The notes below the pieces were generated by a model. That model saw only the letters and a program-made list of their open reading frames with translations, made no database searches and had not been told where the DNA came from. From Patescibacteria group bacterium (GTDB taxonomy: Bacteria > Patescibacteriota > Minisyncoccia > Moranbacterales > JAKLHP01): a stretch of 64,000 nt of DNA. This document shows positions 8,772 through 18,782 of the stretch, piece by piece; position 1 is the stretch's first letter; every line of letters starts with the position of its first letter. A program made the translations under genes and the position numbers. Where the stretch lies: the NCBI GenBank assembly GCA_043803385.1, contig JAZDKA010000041.1:19799-83798 (forward strand). The letters run 5' to 3'.

Positions 8772-10658
8772 ATGTTCAAGAATAGCAAAACTAAAGCAAG
8801 GGCATCCAGAGGGATAGAGCTTGAAGACTATCTTTTTTCCGTTTCAAAAGAAGAATCGGCCAGGATTGAATTCCCGCTGGAAAAAAAGAAATTAGGAATA
8901 TTCTGGGCTATTATCGTAATATTCCTGGCAATTTTGGGAGGAAGAATTTTTTATCTTAATATTGTTAAAGGAAATTATTACAGGGAACTTGCTAATGGAA
9001 ACAGCATCAGGTCGGTTCCGATAAAAGCGCCCAGAGGGAAGATAATGGATCGCTTCGGGAATGTTCTGGTTAATAACGTTCCCAGCGTTGACGCGGTTGC
9101 CATACCTGCCGACCTCCCCAAAAATCCCGATGATATTAAAAAAATATCAGCTGATGTTTCAAAAATACTTTCGATCAGCGAGGAAGATTTTATTTCCAAA
9201 ATTACTTCAGCAGGCATGTCATCGCTTAATCCTATTCTGATAAAAGAAAATATTTCCCAGGATGAATATCTGTCTCTTGAGGAAAGAAGGCCGGATTTTC
9301 CCGGAGTAATGACTGAAAAAACAGCTATCCGCGAATATCCGGACAGCTCGATCTTTTCTCATATTCTCGGGTATGTCGGAAAAATAGACAAAAAAGAGCT
9401 GGAGGGAAGCGGCGGATATCTGCTTACCGATTATATCGGCAAGCAGGGAGTTGAAAAAACATACGAAAAATATCTGAAAGGAAAAAATGGCGCGGTCAAG
9501 GTCGAAGTTGATTCTATGGGAAAAATGAAACAAGAACGAGGAATTATTTCTCCTGAAGCCGGAAATGATTTAGTTTTGGGAATTGACTACGAACTCCAAA
9601 AAAAGATTTATGACGATTTGACCGACATGCTTTCAAAAACAAATACCAGGACTGCCGCAGCGGTGGCAATTGATCCAAAAAATGGAGAAGTGAGAGCGCT
9701 GATAAGCCTTCCGAGCTTTGACAATAATTTGTTTTCCGGAAAAATTTCTCAAGAGGATTATTCGAGATTGATTACTGATCCTGATAAGCCGTTGTTTAAC
9801 AGGGCTATTTCAGGCGAATATCCTCCCGGTTCGACTATTAAGCCATTGATCGCGTCGGCTGCTCTTTCGGAAGGAACGATTACTTCCGATACAACGGTAA
9901 ACGATAGCTCTGGCGCAATAAATATTGGAAGTTATCGTTTTGGGGATTGGAAAATCCACGGAGTGGTGAATATTAGAAAAGCCATAGCGGAAAGTTGCGA
10001 TGTGTTCTTTTATTCGGTAGGAGGAGGTTACGGAGATATAAAAGGTTTAGGAATGGATAGGATGGCGAAATATGAAAATATGTTTGGTTTGGGAAATATT
10101 ATAGGAATTGACATTCCGAGCGAGTCTAGCGGTTTTATCCCTAATACTGCCTGGAAATTGGATAAACTTGGAGAAAAATGGTATCTGGGAGATGATTATC
10201 ATGCGGCAATCGGCCAGGGTTTTTTAACAGCCACTCCGCTTCAAATAGTCAATTATATTGCGGCTATATCCAATGGAGGAACTTTATACCAGCCGAGAGT
10301 AGTATCTAAAATTGTTGATGAGGAAGGAAAAACTATCAATAATTCATCAGTTGCAATAAGAGATAAATTTATTTCTCCCGATATTTTGAAAATTGTGCAG
10401 GAAGGAATGAGAGAAGCAGTCGTTTCCGGATCAGCAAGGTCGCTAAACGATCTTCTAGTCCACGTGGCCGGAAAAACAGGAACATCCCAGTTTGGCAGTG
10501 AAAATAAAACCCATGCCTGGTTTGTTTCCTACGCGCCTTATGAAAATCCAGAACTCGCCATGATAATCCTGGTTGAAGGTGGGGGAGAGGGAAGCTCCAG
10601 CGCCGTTCCGGTGACAAGAGATGTTTACCAATGGTATTTTGGAGAAAGGAATAAATAA
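8772..10658 (+). CDS. mrdA: Penicillin-binding protein 2
   Basis: APRGKIMDR, YPPGSTIK (SxxK), SCD, GKTGT. Confidence 0.95.
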   Translation: MFKNSKTKARASRGIELEDYLFSVSKEESARIEFPLEKKKLGIFWAIIVIFLAILGGRIFYLNIVKGNYYRELANGNSIRSVPIKAPRGKIMDRFGNVLVNNVPSVDAVAIPADLPKNPDDIKKISADVSKILSISEEDFISKITSAGMSSLNPILIKENISQDEYLSLEERRPDFPGVMTEKTAIREYPDSSIFSHILGYVGKIDKKELEGSGGYLLTDYIGKQGVEKTYEKYLKGKNGAVKVEVDSMGKMKQERGIISPEAGNDLVLGIDYELQKKIYDDLTDMLSKTNTRTAAAVAIDPKNGEVRALISLPSFDNNLFSGKISQEDYSRLITDPDKPLFNRAISGEYPPGSTIKPLIASAALSEGTITSDTTVNDSSGAINIGSYRFGDWKIHGVVNIRKAIAESCDVFFYSVGGGYGDIKGLGMDRMAKYENMFGLGNIIGIDIPSESSGFIPNTAWKLDKLGEKWYLGDDYHAAIGQGFLTATPLQIVNYIAAISNGGTLYQPRVVSKIVDEEGKTINNSSVAIRDKFISPDILKIVQEGMREAVVSGSARSLNDLLVHVAGKTGTSQFGSENKTHAWFVSYAPYENPELAMIILVEGGGEGSSSAVPVTRDVYQWYFGERNK

Positions 10659-10661
10659 TAA

Positions 10662-10699
10662 TTAGCAATCTTGACATCCGAGTGCTAATAAGCTAAAAT
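10662..10699 (+). promoter_or_regulatory. CIRCE (HrcA operator) overlapping the groES sigma70 promoter
   Basis: TTAGCAATC-N9-GAGTGCTAA (1 mismatch to CIRCE); the spacer holds TTGACA, with TAAAAT 17 nt downstream. Confidence 0.88.
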
Positions 10700-10731
10700 A
10701 AAAAAGCTAATAATTAATTTTTTAGTAGAAT

Positions 10732-11007
10732 ATGAAAAAATTAACAGTAAAACCACTAGGCGAAAACGTTTTGATTAAGCCGGAAAAATCCGATAAGAAA
10801 ACTGATTCCGGAATTTTTCTTCCCGAAAACGCTTCCGAAGAAAAACCCCAGCAAGGGAAAGTAATTGAAGTAGGGGATAGCAAAGAAATTAAAGTCAAAA
10901 AGAACCAAAAAGTCATTTTCAACCGCTACAGCGGAACAGAAGTAAAGATTGAAGGAGAAGAATATTTGATTGTGAAAAATGAAGATGTCCTGGCGGTGAT
11001 TGGTTAA
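10732..11007 (+). CDS. groES: Co-chaperonin GroES
   Basis: KPLGENVLIK, SGIFLP, KPQQGKVIEVG, EDVLAVI. Confidence 0.96.
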   Translation: MKKLTVKPLGENVLIKPEKSDKKTDSGIFLPENASEEKPQQGKVIEVGDSKEIKVKKNQKVIFNRYSGTEVKIEGEEYLIVKNEDVLAVIG

Positions 11008-11027
11008 AATTTTTAAGCGTTTTTAAA

Positions 11028-11061
11028 AGCCGAGCTTTAGGATTTTCCTAAAGCTCGGCTT
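11028..11061 (+). terminator. Intrinsic terminator after groES
   Basis: AAGCCGAGCTTTAGG / CCTAAAGCTCGGCTT stem followed by a T-rich tract. Confidence 0.75.
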
Positions 11062-11148
11062 GGTTTATAATTAAAAATAAAAAAACAGGGCAACACATTT
11101 ATGTGCGCCCCTTCGAACTTTCGAAATTTTGGTCAATCTCCTATTGAC

Positions 11149-11691
11149 CTACGTTCTCATTTTTTTGATGGTAATTATCGCTTTCTTGAGATTCTCCAGG
11201 TAGAGAGGGGTATTAATAGCTGCGAGAGCATCCATCGAAATATTCACGGCTACTATGCAAATAACGTTGAGAGCTTCACACTTTGCAGAGCTTTCGCTAC
11301 ACACTTTTAGTATCGAGCAGTTTTCGCATATATCATCGAAAACTGCATCGATGCCTTCCATACCCATCTTTTCCAGAGACGATGAGGTTGCTCGCCTTTT
11401 GTGTGTAGCTGGCTTTTCTTCCGGATTCTCGGCAGCTTCCTCAATCTGCTGATTAAGATTGTCAATGGCCTGTTGCACGGTTGATTTGAGATCGGGCATT
11501 TCAGCTTCGCGGTTGATCTTGCTTATCGCGTTGCTGAAAGTTTTAATGAGTCCGAGGATATCCTCGGGCGGAACTATTCCTCCTGCGGAATACACTTCTG
11601 CCCAATGGCTCAACTTAGACACCAGAGTTAAAGATTCCGAAAGTTCTTCCATACAAATCAAATGAACCGGTCTCCACTTTTTTTCGTCCAT
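11149..11691 (-). CDS. Hypothetical protein (accessory islet) with a Cys cluster
   Basis: 180-aa ORF; SD AAGGAGG; TTGACA-N17-TATCTT at 11758-11730. Confidence 0.7.
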   Translation of the reverse strand: MDEKKWRPVHLICMEELSESLTLVSKLSHWAEVYSAGGIVPPEDILGLIKTFSNAISKINREAEMPDLKSTVQQAIDNLNQQIEEAAENPEEKPATHKRRATSSSLEKMGMEGIDAVFDDICENCSILKVCSESSAKCEALNVICIVAVNISMDALAAINTPLYLENLKKAIITIKKMRT

Positions 11692-11761
11692 TTTGAATCC
11701 TCCTTTTTGGCTTTATTGAACAACATAATAAGATAACACTCCTAGCGCTAGCTGTCAATAT

Positions 11762-12358
11762 TCAAATTTTAATTTCAGATATCGGGACATCAATTTGTTC
11801 CTGGATCTGTTTTTCTATATTTCTGCAGGCATCTAGCAATCTTTCAAAATTCGGACGGCTGGTATATTTTGGCATTCGTTTTCTGATATCATCAAATCTG
11901 TCATTTAATGTTCCCAATCCGGAAGGCAAAACTCTCAAATCAGAATAAAGAAGTATTTTCAAATACCAGTCATTACCGCCGGCAGTTTTAATTGAATTTC
12001 CAAAAGATTTTTTTAAAATTATATCAATTATTTTTTTGTCTATTTTTATTTCAGGAAGTATCTTTTTAGTTGCCTCGTGGTCATCTGATCCATATTTCTC
12101 TATCATTTTTTTCTGCACATTTTTCCAATAGCTGACATTATCTTTTTTGGTTCCCAATAAATCAGAGTATTTATCCAAATCGAATTTAACAATATTGCCA
12201 ATGTCATGAAGAAGAGCTGATTTCTGAATAATTTCCCAATCCAACCACGGTCCCTTCCAATGGATTTTGATAAAATTTGCAACTTCAGCCACTCTCTTCA
12301 TATGCTTCTGAAGATTGGGCGGGACTGAATATTTTTCGTATATTTTCTCAATGTTCAT
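11762..12358 (-). CDS. HD-domain protein
   Basis: HMKRVA, ALLHDIGN, YSDLR. Confidence 0.85.
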   Translation of the reverse strand: MNIEKIYEKYSVPPNLQKHMKRVAEVANFIKIHWKGPWLDWEIIQKSALLHDIGNIVKFDLDKYSDLLGTKKDNVSYWKNVQKKMIEKYGSDDHEATKKILPEIKIDKKIIDIILKKSFGNSIKTAGGNDWYLKILLYSDLRVLPSGLGTLNDRFDDIRKRMPKYTSRPNFERLLDACRNIEKQIQEQIDVPISEIKI

Positions 12359-12406
12359 ACTTTAAATATTTGTATATTTGTAATTAATTTGTAATTCGTA
12401 GAAGTT

Positions 12407-13204
12407 TTATTTTTTCACCGGAAATCCTTTTTCTTTCCATCCTGCGAAACCGCCCTGGAGGGATTGAGAAGCGAGGAAGCCGAGGTCGTAGAGGCGGACT
12501 CCGCCCTGAAATCCCTGGGTTTCCGTGTCTCCATAAACGAATATTTCTTTTCCGTAAGGTATTTTATCCTTGGATTTTTCAAGATCGTCGGCAAATATAT
12601 TTATGGCTCCGGGAATGTGGCCGTTATCAAAAGACTGTTTTCCTCTGATGTCAATTATAAATTTTTGGTAGTTGCTATTTTCAACAATTTCCTTGAGCTT
12701 TTCCGGCTCGATATAAGTGACTTTCGACTGATCGAAGAATGAACTCGGATTTCCGATGGATATCGTGTTTCCATTTGAATTTTTCCAAGCAGGAAATCCG
12801 CCAGTCAAGACAAGAACGCTCTTAGTTTGCTTGTTTTTTAAAAGTTTTATAATTCCTGAATATTCATCGCTTTCGCTGGAATTTCCGATGATAATTATCG
12901 TTTTTTCCGGATTTATTTCATTTGCCGATTCTTCCGAATTGATATTAAGGGAATCAACGATGTGTTCTATTTTAAATTCATCCTGGCTTCTGATGTCTAT
13001 GATTTGGATGTTTTCAGAATTCTTTATTTTGCTCTTTAAATCATCAGCTGATACTTGGGCATAGCTGATAACTTCCTTCGAGGCATTACTTTTTCCGGAA
13101 TCTTGCTTTTTAAATCCTGACCTGAAAAAGGTAAAAACAAAAACGAGGGCAATTAAGAGAAGGCCTATCAGCATCACTTTATTATTTTTTTTCTCGTCGT
13201 TCAT
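12407..13204 (-). CDS. Membrane-anchored tandem rhodanese-like domain protein
   Basis: N-terminal TM; two IIDIR...HI...L.GGF.(A/G)W domains. Confidence 0.85.
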   Translation of the reverse strand: MNDEKKNNKVMLIGLLLIALVFVFTFFRSGFKKQDSGKSNASKEVISYAQVSADDLKSKIKNSENIQIIDIRSQDEFKIEHIVDSLNINSEESANEINPEKTIIIIGNSSESDEYSGIIKLLKNKQTKSVLVLTGGFPAWKNSNGNTISIGNPSSFFDQSKVTYIEPEKLKEIVENSNYQKFIIDIRGKQSFDNGHIPGAINIFADDLEKSKDKIPYGKEIFVYGDTETQGFQGGVRLYDLGFLASQSLQGGFAGWKEKGFPVKK

Positions 13205-14157
13205 TTTAATTTGCTTCCAATAAAGTTAGGATATCCATTGATAAAATCTTTTATCAAAACCAGTTTTTTGCCTTCAACTTGAACTTCTTCCATAATAATA
13301 GCTCCTTTGGATGCTTTCACACCAACGCTATCATTTATTTTTATGACTTCTCCGATTTGGCAGTTATTTTCAACATCTTTTTCCCATAGCTTTATTTTAG
13401 TAAGTTTTATTCTTATTATTATTTTTTCATTTCCCCAGACAGAAAAAATTCCCGGCCAAGAATAAAAAGCCCGATATTTATTATATATATCCTGCGCTTC
13501 TGAATCCCAAAAAATATGCCCGTCTTCTCTTTCGATAAGCTGGCAATAAGTGGCTTTTGAATTGTCTTGTTTTTGAGGCTTGATTTTTTTTTCTGTCCAG
13601 AGCGGAATAGTTTCTAAAAGCAGATAAGAACTAAGTTTTGCCAATTTTTCCGAAAGAGTTTCCGTAGTATCGTCCTCACTCATTTTTATGCTTTTTTGTG
13701 CGAGAATATCGCCATGGTCCATTTTTTCATCAACGAGCATTATCGTTGTTCCCGTTTCTTTTTCTCCGGCAAGTATCGCGTTTTGAATAGGCGATGGGCC
13801 ACGGAATTCTGGAAGAAGCGAGGGGTGGACATTTATGCTTTTGAATTTAGGATATTCAATAATTTCCTTCGGGATTATTTTTCCATACGCCGCAACAATT
13901 ATAAGATCCGGATGGGATCCTTTTATTTGAGAAATTACTTTCTCCGTTAATTTTTCCGGCTGAAGAAAAGGAATTTTTTGGGCTCTAGCTATTTCTTTTA
14001 TGGGGCTGGAAATTATCTTTCTTTCTCGTCCTGATTTTTTGTCAGGCTGGGTAACAACTCCCAAAATTTTATATTTATCCTCAATTAAAGAAGCCAGAAT
14101 TTCTTTGGCAAAATAGGAAGTGCCCATAAAGAGTATTTTTATATTTTCTTTTTCCAT
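13201..14157 (-). CDS. fmt: Methionyl-tRNA formyltransferase
   Basis: FMGTS.FA, VTQPDK, INVHPSLLPEFRG.SPIQ. Confidence 0.96.
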   Translation of the reverse strand: MEKENIKILFMGTSYFAKEILASLIEDKYKILGVVTQPDKKSGRERKIISSPIKEIARAQKIPFLQPEKLTEKVISQIKGSHPDLIIVAAYGKIIPKEIIEYPKFKSINVHPSLLPEFRGPSPIQNAILAGEKETGTTIMLVDEKMDHGDILAQKSIKMSEDDTTETLSEKLAKLSSYLLLETIPLWTEKKIKPQKQDNSKATYCQLIEREDGHIFWDSEAQDIYNKYRAFYSWPGIFSVWGNEKIIIRIKLTKIKLWEKDVENNCQIGEVIKINDSVGVKASKGAIIMEEVQVEGKKLVLIKDFINGYPNFIGSKLK

Positions 14158-14591
14158 TTTTTTGCTCTTTCAATGAATAAAATCCCGTCGAGATGATCGA
14201 TTTCATGCTGGATTATCCTAGCCAAAAGGCCATCGGTTTTCAATTTTGTCTCGACTCCTTTTTCATTCAAAAATCTCACTTTAACTTTTTTTGAACGTTT
14301 GATAAGCAAAAATTTTCCTGGAAAACTCAAGCAGCCTTCCTCGCCGATTTCTTTTTCTCGTGAATAGGAAGTGATTTTGGGGTTTATCAAAGCGAAAATT
14401 TCTCCGTCGTTTTGAATGACGCAGAGCCTTAATAATTTTCCAACTTGAGGCGCGGCCAGTCCGGCTCCGTCAGCTTCTTTTAAAATAGCCATCATATTTT
14501 TAGCAAGAGCTTGTATTTCCGGATCAAGAGCCTTTTTTATCTTTTTTGCCTTTTTCTCGAGTATTTTGTTGGGGTAAGTTAATATTTTCAT
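14139..14591 (-). CDS. def: Peptide deformylase
   Basis: GAGLAAPQVG, EGCLS, QHEIDHLDG. Confidence 0.97.
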   Translation of the reverse strand: MKILTYPNKILEKKAKKIKKALDPEIQALAKNMMAILKEADGAGLAAPQVGKLLRLCVIQNDGEIFALINPKITSYSREKEIGEEGCLSFPGKFLLIKRSKKVKVRFLNEKGVETKLKTDGLLARIIQHEIDHLDGILFIERAKKWKKKI

Positions 14592-14744
14592 TTACCCTGT
14601 TAAATAAGATTTGAGTTTGTCTCAATGAATCTCTTATTTTTATAATTACTTAATTCAATTAATTTCTTTATTCACTCCCTGTGATTAGTTCAAATCTATT
14701 TTTTAAACTTATAGAAGTTTAAAAAATTTATTTAACAGGGTGAA
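14591..14744. mobile_element. MITE-like element with 16-17 bp terminal inverted repeats between priA and def
   Basis: TTTACCCTGTTAAATAA ... TTATTTAACAGGGTGAA. Confidence 0.6.
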
Positions 14745-14745
14745 T

Positions 14746-16776
14746 TTATATTAGACTTATCGGATCAACGTCGATTACCCAGTCGCTCGAAAGCATTTTT
14801 AAGTGGCGCTTTAGTTCTTGGGGGACATCATTTACCCCCACACCAATATTTTTATTATTGGCTAGAGGCATTAAATTATCGACATTGGTGTGGGGGTGTA
14901 TCTTTATTATAATCTGTTTTCGGAATTTGTCCCGTACTTTTGAAAGCTGGGGAGTAAACGGTTCAAAAATTGAAATATTTTTGTCTCTCTCGGATAATTT
15001 CCTGATTCTTTCAAAAACTGCTGCACTTTCCTTTTCTATTATTTTTTTATTGGCAGTCCGCAGGATCAATTTGATAATTTTGTAAAACGGCGGATATTTA
15101 AGTGTTTTTCTTTCCTCTATAATTTTTGCGTAAAAACCTTCCAGATCATTTTGAATTACATATTTAATTACGTAATTATCCGGATTATATGCCTGAATCA
15201 CAAGCTTTCCGTTGCTTGCTTTTCCTTTGATTTGCATTAACGCCTGAAAAGCTTTTTCATCTGAATTAAAATCGGAAAAATCCAGCAAATCGTCGGCATT
15301 TATAATACCAATTAAGCCAAGATAAGGCAATTCCCAGCCCTTAAGAACCGCTTGAGTTCCGATTAGGATATCGTGTTTTTTATCCCGGATATTTTCGAAT
15401 ATTTTTTGCTGGCCATCTTTGCTTTTCAGCGATTCGAAATCAACAAGCTTTGTTTTTGCTCCCGGAAAAATTTTCTTTATTTCCCGTTCAACTGTCTGAT
15501 TTCCGGTTCCAATATTTTTAAATTCCACCCCATTGCATTTTGGACAGTAGGGGAAAATATCCGTTTTGTATGAACAGTGGAAGCAGCGATAAATCCCGCT
15601 GCTATCATAGATTAAAGCTCTCTCGCATCGGGGACAGCGGAAAACTTCTTTGCAACTTGCGCAAATCGAAAAGGAGCTCATTCCCCGGCGATTAACGAAA
15701 AGAAATACTTGCTTGCCGTATTTAAGCGTAAATCCAATTTCCGATATTAACTTTTTACTAAATATGATATTATTATTTCTTTTTCTGCTATTATTATTCC
15801 ATCCCTCATTTCTCATGTCTACAATTTCTAAATCAAAATCCTTGATTCGTGATTTATGATTCATAATTCTTTCGTGCTTATAATACGAATCGACATTCGG
15901 TGCAATCGACCATAATACTAGCTTGCTATTATAAATTTTTGCCAATTCCTCAGCTACTTTAACCGCGCTATATCTCGGGTTCATATCCCATTGCTTGTAA
16001 GAAATATCCTGCTCCTCATCAACAATTATTAATCCCAAATTTTTAAATGGCGCGAAAACCGCCTGCCGGGTGCCGATGATAATTTTCGCTTCGCCGGATT
16101 TTATTTTAGTGTAATTTTCGTATAATTCGCTGCCCTTGAGCTGGCTATGGAAAAGAGCGATTGAATTCTCATCGAAATATTCTCTTAAAATTTCCAGAAC
16201 ATGATAGGCGAGTGGAATTTCTGGAACAAGTAGTAATGTTTGTTTTTTAGCTTTTAAATTTTTCTTTATTAACTCCAGACAAATTTGAACTCCTTCACTA
16301 CCGGCAATCAATAGATATTTTGTATCTTGTATTTCGTATTTAGTATTTTTTAATATCGCAGCTACTATTTTTTTCTGTTCTGCAGCTAATACTATTTTTT
16401 TAAATTTCTTGTTCCTTGTCTCTTGCTCCTTGTCTCTTGATTTTGTCTTTTTCACCACAAAAAACTTCAATACTATACCTAGCGGACATAAGTAATATTC
16501 CGACACAAATTTAGCCAGTTCCAACTGTTTTTCGGTCAAAAATTTTTCATCCAGGATTTTATTAATTTTTTTAAGCTTGATATGCCCGAACCGGAAAAAA
16601 TCATCCCGATTATTTATCACGATTCCGTTGATATTCCTTCGAAAGAGGGGAATGGAAACGAGCGAGCCAAAAGATACAGGGCTATCATTTAAATACGAAA
16701 AACTCTGCTGTCTGGTAAGCGGCAGGCGAGTGAGCGGGATAACGTCAATAATGGTGTTTTTTTCTTCTTTTTTCAT
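14746..16776 (-). CDS. priA: Primosomal protein N' with degenerate helicase motifs and several repeat inserts
   Basis: IIGTRQAVFAP, VDEEQD, NRRG, four CxxC pairs, YPPF, IDVDP. Confidence 0.92.
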   Translation of the reverse strand: MKKEEKNTIIDVIPLTRLPLTRQQSFSYLNDSPVSFGSLVSIPLFRRNINGIVINNRDDFFRFGHIKLKKINKILDEKFLTEKQLELAKFVSEYYLCPLGIVLKFFVVKKTKSRDKEQETRNKKFKKIVLAAEQKKIVAAILKNTKYEIQDTKYLLIAGSEGVQICLELIKKNLKAKKQTLLLVPEIPLAYHVLEILREYFDENSIALFHSQLKGSELYENYTKIKSGEAKIIIGTRQAVFAPFKNLGLIIVDEEQDISYKQWDMNPRYSAVKVAEELAKIYNSKLVLWSIAPNVDSYYKHERIMNHKSRIKDFDLEIVDMRNEGWNNNSRKRNNNIIFSKKLISEIGFTLKYGKQVFLFVNRRGMSSFSICASCKEVFRCPRCERALIYDSSGIYRCFHCSYKTDIFPYCPKCNGVEFKNIGTGNQTVEREIKKIFPGAKTKLVDFESLKSKDGQQKIFENIRDKKHDILIGTQAVLKGWELPYLGLIGIINADDLLDFSDFNSDEKAFQALMQIKGKASNGKLVIQAYNPDNYVIKYVIQNDLEGFYAKIIEERKTLKYPPFYKIIKLILRTANKKIIEKESAAVFERIRKLSERDKNISIFEPFTPQLSKVRDKFRKQIIIKIHPHTNVDNLMPLANNKNIGVGVNDVPQELKRHLKMLSSDWVIDVDPISLI
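14831..14900. mobile_element. Palindromic element A2, in frame in priA
   Basis: CCCCCACACCAAT...ATTGGTGTGGGGG; peptide HPHTNVDNLMPLANNKNIGVGV. Confidence 0.85.
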
Positions 16777-16849
16777 ATATTTATTCTAGCATTCGTTAGA
16801 ATAAAGGCAAAGTTTGAAAAATTGCTGTATTTAAGCTAGAATTAAATAT

Positions 16850-17458
16850 ATGCAAAGGAGAATTTTTATCGGCATTAGCTTGCCAGAGGATGTTAAAAAA
16901 AGGATAAATCAAAGGATTGAGAAATGGAAGGAGTTGCCAATCTGTCCCCACACCAATAGCGGGGATAATTTATCTTCAGCCAATAGTAAAAATATTGGTG
17001 TGGGGATAACATGGTCGCTTCCGGAGAATTTTCATATCACTTTGTCTTTCTTGGGTTTTGTGGGTGATGAAAGTCTGGCTGATATTTGTTTGGCTATTAA
17101 AAAAACTGCTCAAAATTTTGAGAGTTTTGATATTGATTTTGAAGGAATAAGATTGGGACCGGATCCGGAAGATCCAAGGATGGTCTGGCTTTTTGGCGGC
17201 GCCAGTAAGGAACTTCGAAAACTACAAACTGAAATTGAAAAATCTTTGGATATTTTTGTGAGTGAAAAAAAAGAATTTAAACCGCATGTGACACTGGGGA
17301 AAATAGACAGAGGGAAATGGAAAACTCTACCGGAAAAACCGAAAATAGAAGAGCGATATAAAGTTTCTATTCCGGTTGAAAGTGTGGATATTTTTGAAAG
17401 CAAGATTGAAAAAGGAAGAACAAGATACACGGTCTTGGAATCGTGCAAATTAAAATAA
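16850..17458 (+). CDS. thpR: RNA 2',3'-cyclic phosphodiesterase (2H phosphoesterase)
   Basis: RIFIGI; FHITL and PHVTL HxT motifs. Confidence 0.9.
   Translation: MQRRIFIGISLPEDVKKRINQRIEKWKELPICPHTNSGDNLSSANSKNIGVGITWSLPENFHITLSFLGFVGDESLADICLAIKKTAQNFESFDIDFEGIRLGPDPEDPRMVWLFGGASKELRKLQTEIEKSLDIFVSEKKEFKPHVTLGKIDRGKWKTLPEKPKIEERYKVSIPVESVDIFESKIEKGRTRYTVLESCKLK
16945..17006. mobile_element. Palindromic element A3, in frame in thpR
   Basis: 14-bp TIR TCCCCACACCAATA/TATTGGTGTGGGGA; peptide CPHTNSGDNLSSANSKNIGVGI. Confidence 0.85.
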
Positions 17459-17464
17459 CCAAAT

Positions 17465-17516
17465 CGCAACAAAACTTAAATTATATGCTATAGCATTAAA
17501 TTTAAGTTTTGTTGCG
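17465..17516. repeat. Intergenic palindrome, family D
   Basis: CGCAACAAAACTTAAATT...AATTTAAGTTTTGTTGCG; related copy at 24588-24631. Confidence 0.75.
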
Positions 17517-17530
17517 GAGTTAATGAATAG

Positions 17531-18349
17531 ATGGATATCCTGGGAGTTAAAGTGGATAATTTGGATAGGGGAGAGATATTAGAAAAAATATCTCGTTTTT
17601 TGAGCGAAAATAATTTTAGGCAAATTGCGACAATTAATCAGGAAATTATCTTGAAGGCGCAAGAGGACGAGGAATTTAAAAATATATTAAATAGCTGTGA
17701 TTTAAATGTGGCTGATTCGATTGGAATAAAATTTGCATTTTGGTGGCTAGGAGGAAAATTAAAATGCCGGATGACTGGAATCGATTTGATGCAGGAAATT
17801 TTGAAAATAGCCGATGAAAGGAAATTAAAAGTATTTCTAGCAGCTAATAATAGGGGATTGAGCAGTTGGGAAGAGACAAAAGACGCAATTTTGAAAATTT
17901 ATCCAAGTCTGGAAATTAGTGGGGCGAATATGGATAAAAATAAAGTCGTTGGTCATCAGTTATTGGTCATTGGCGAGAATGATATAGTTTTCTGCAATTT
18001 CGGTGCGCCGTTTCAAGAAAAGTTCCTGAATAGCTTAAAATGTGATTTACCCCCACACCTTTTTAAAGAAAATAATAATATGGTTAAAAATAACTTAGAA
18101 AATAGTAATTTAAATGAAAATTATGGTTTGCATAATAAAAGGTGTGGGGGTAAAATAAAGCTAGCCGTCGGAGTAGGGGGTAGTTTTGATTATCTGACTG
18201 GTAAACTAAAAAGAGCACCAAAATGGATGCAATTTTTTGGCGTTGAATGGTTTTGGCGATTGCTATTGCAGCCGAAAAGAATTAAAAGGATTTTTAACGC
18301 GGTGATAATCTTTCCAATTAAATTAATTTTTTATAAAAAAACATTATGA
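17531..18349 (+). CDS. WecB/TagA/CpsF family glycosyltransferase
   Basis: ATINQE, ADSIG, FGAPFQE, GVGGSFD, RAP..GVEW.WRL..QPKR. Confidence 0.92.
   Translation: MDILGVKVDNLDRGEILEKISRFLSENNFRQIATINQEIILKAQEDEEFKNILNSCDLNVADSIGIKFAFWWLGGKLKCRMTGIDLMQEILKIADERKLKVFLAANNRGLSSWEETKDAILKIYPSLEISGANMDKNKVVGHQLLVIGENDIVFCNFGAPFQEKFLNSLKCDLPPHLFKENNNMVKNNLENSNLNENYGLHNKRCGGKIKLAVGVGGSFDYLTGKLKRAPKWMQFFGVEWFWRLLLQPKRIKRIFNAVIIFPIKLIFYKKTL
18046..18154. mobile_element. Palindromic element A4, in frame in the WecB/TagA gene
   Basis: Perfect 18-bp TIR TTTACCCCCACACCTTTT/AAAAGGTGTGGGGGTAAA; 36-aa insert LPPHLF...KRCGGK. Confidence 0.88.
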
Positions 18350-18771
18350 CAACAAAATCAAAAATTATCCGGACAATTTATCTGTATGTGGCGGCGCTGG
18401 TGAGTCTGATTTTCGTCGCAGTTGGGACGGGAACAATTTTAAACACGGTTCTTAAAGCATATGTTTTTCCCAAAGCAGAGAAAGGAGGATTTAGCCGCTG
18501 TAATGGCCAGCCGCCAGTTTATGCCCTGGATAAAAACGCTTTGGCTGGAGCAGCAACAACTGATCAAAAGGTCCAGCTTGATAATTTGCTTCGGGATTAT
18601 GAACAGTGGAAAAAAGACAATACGGGAGAAGAATGTTATAGCCAGGAAAGGCAGAGTAATGTCGTGGACGCCATCACTATGATTATGATAGCCCTGCCGA
18701 TCTGCTTGTTTCATTGGAGATTAATCAAAAAAGATAAAGGAGAAAAAGAAGCGGAAAGTTCAGTCGTATAA
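18346..18771 (+). CDS. DUF5671-like membrane protein
   Basis: RTIYLY.AALVSL N-terminal TM; C-terminal LP...FHWR. Confidence 0.65.
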   Translation: MTTKSKIIRTIYLYVAALVSLIFVAVGTGTILNTVLKAYVFPKAEKGGFSRCNGQPPVYALDKNALAGAATTDQKVQLDNLLRDYEQWKKDNTGEECYSQERQSNVVDAITMIMIALPICLFHWRLIKKDKGEKEAESSVV

Positions 18772-18782
18772 AAATTTACTGG

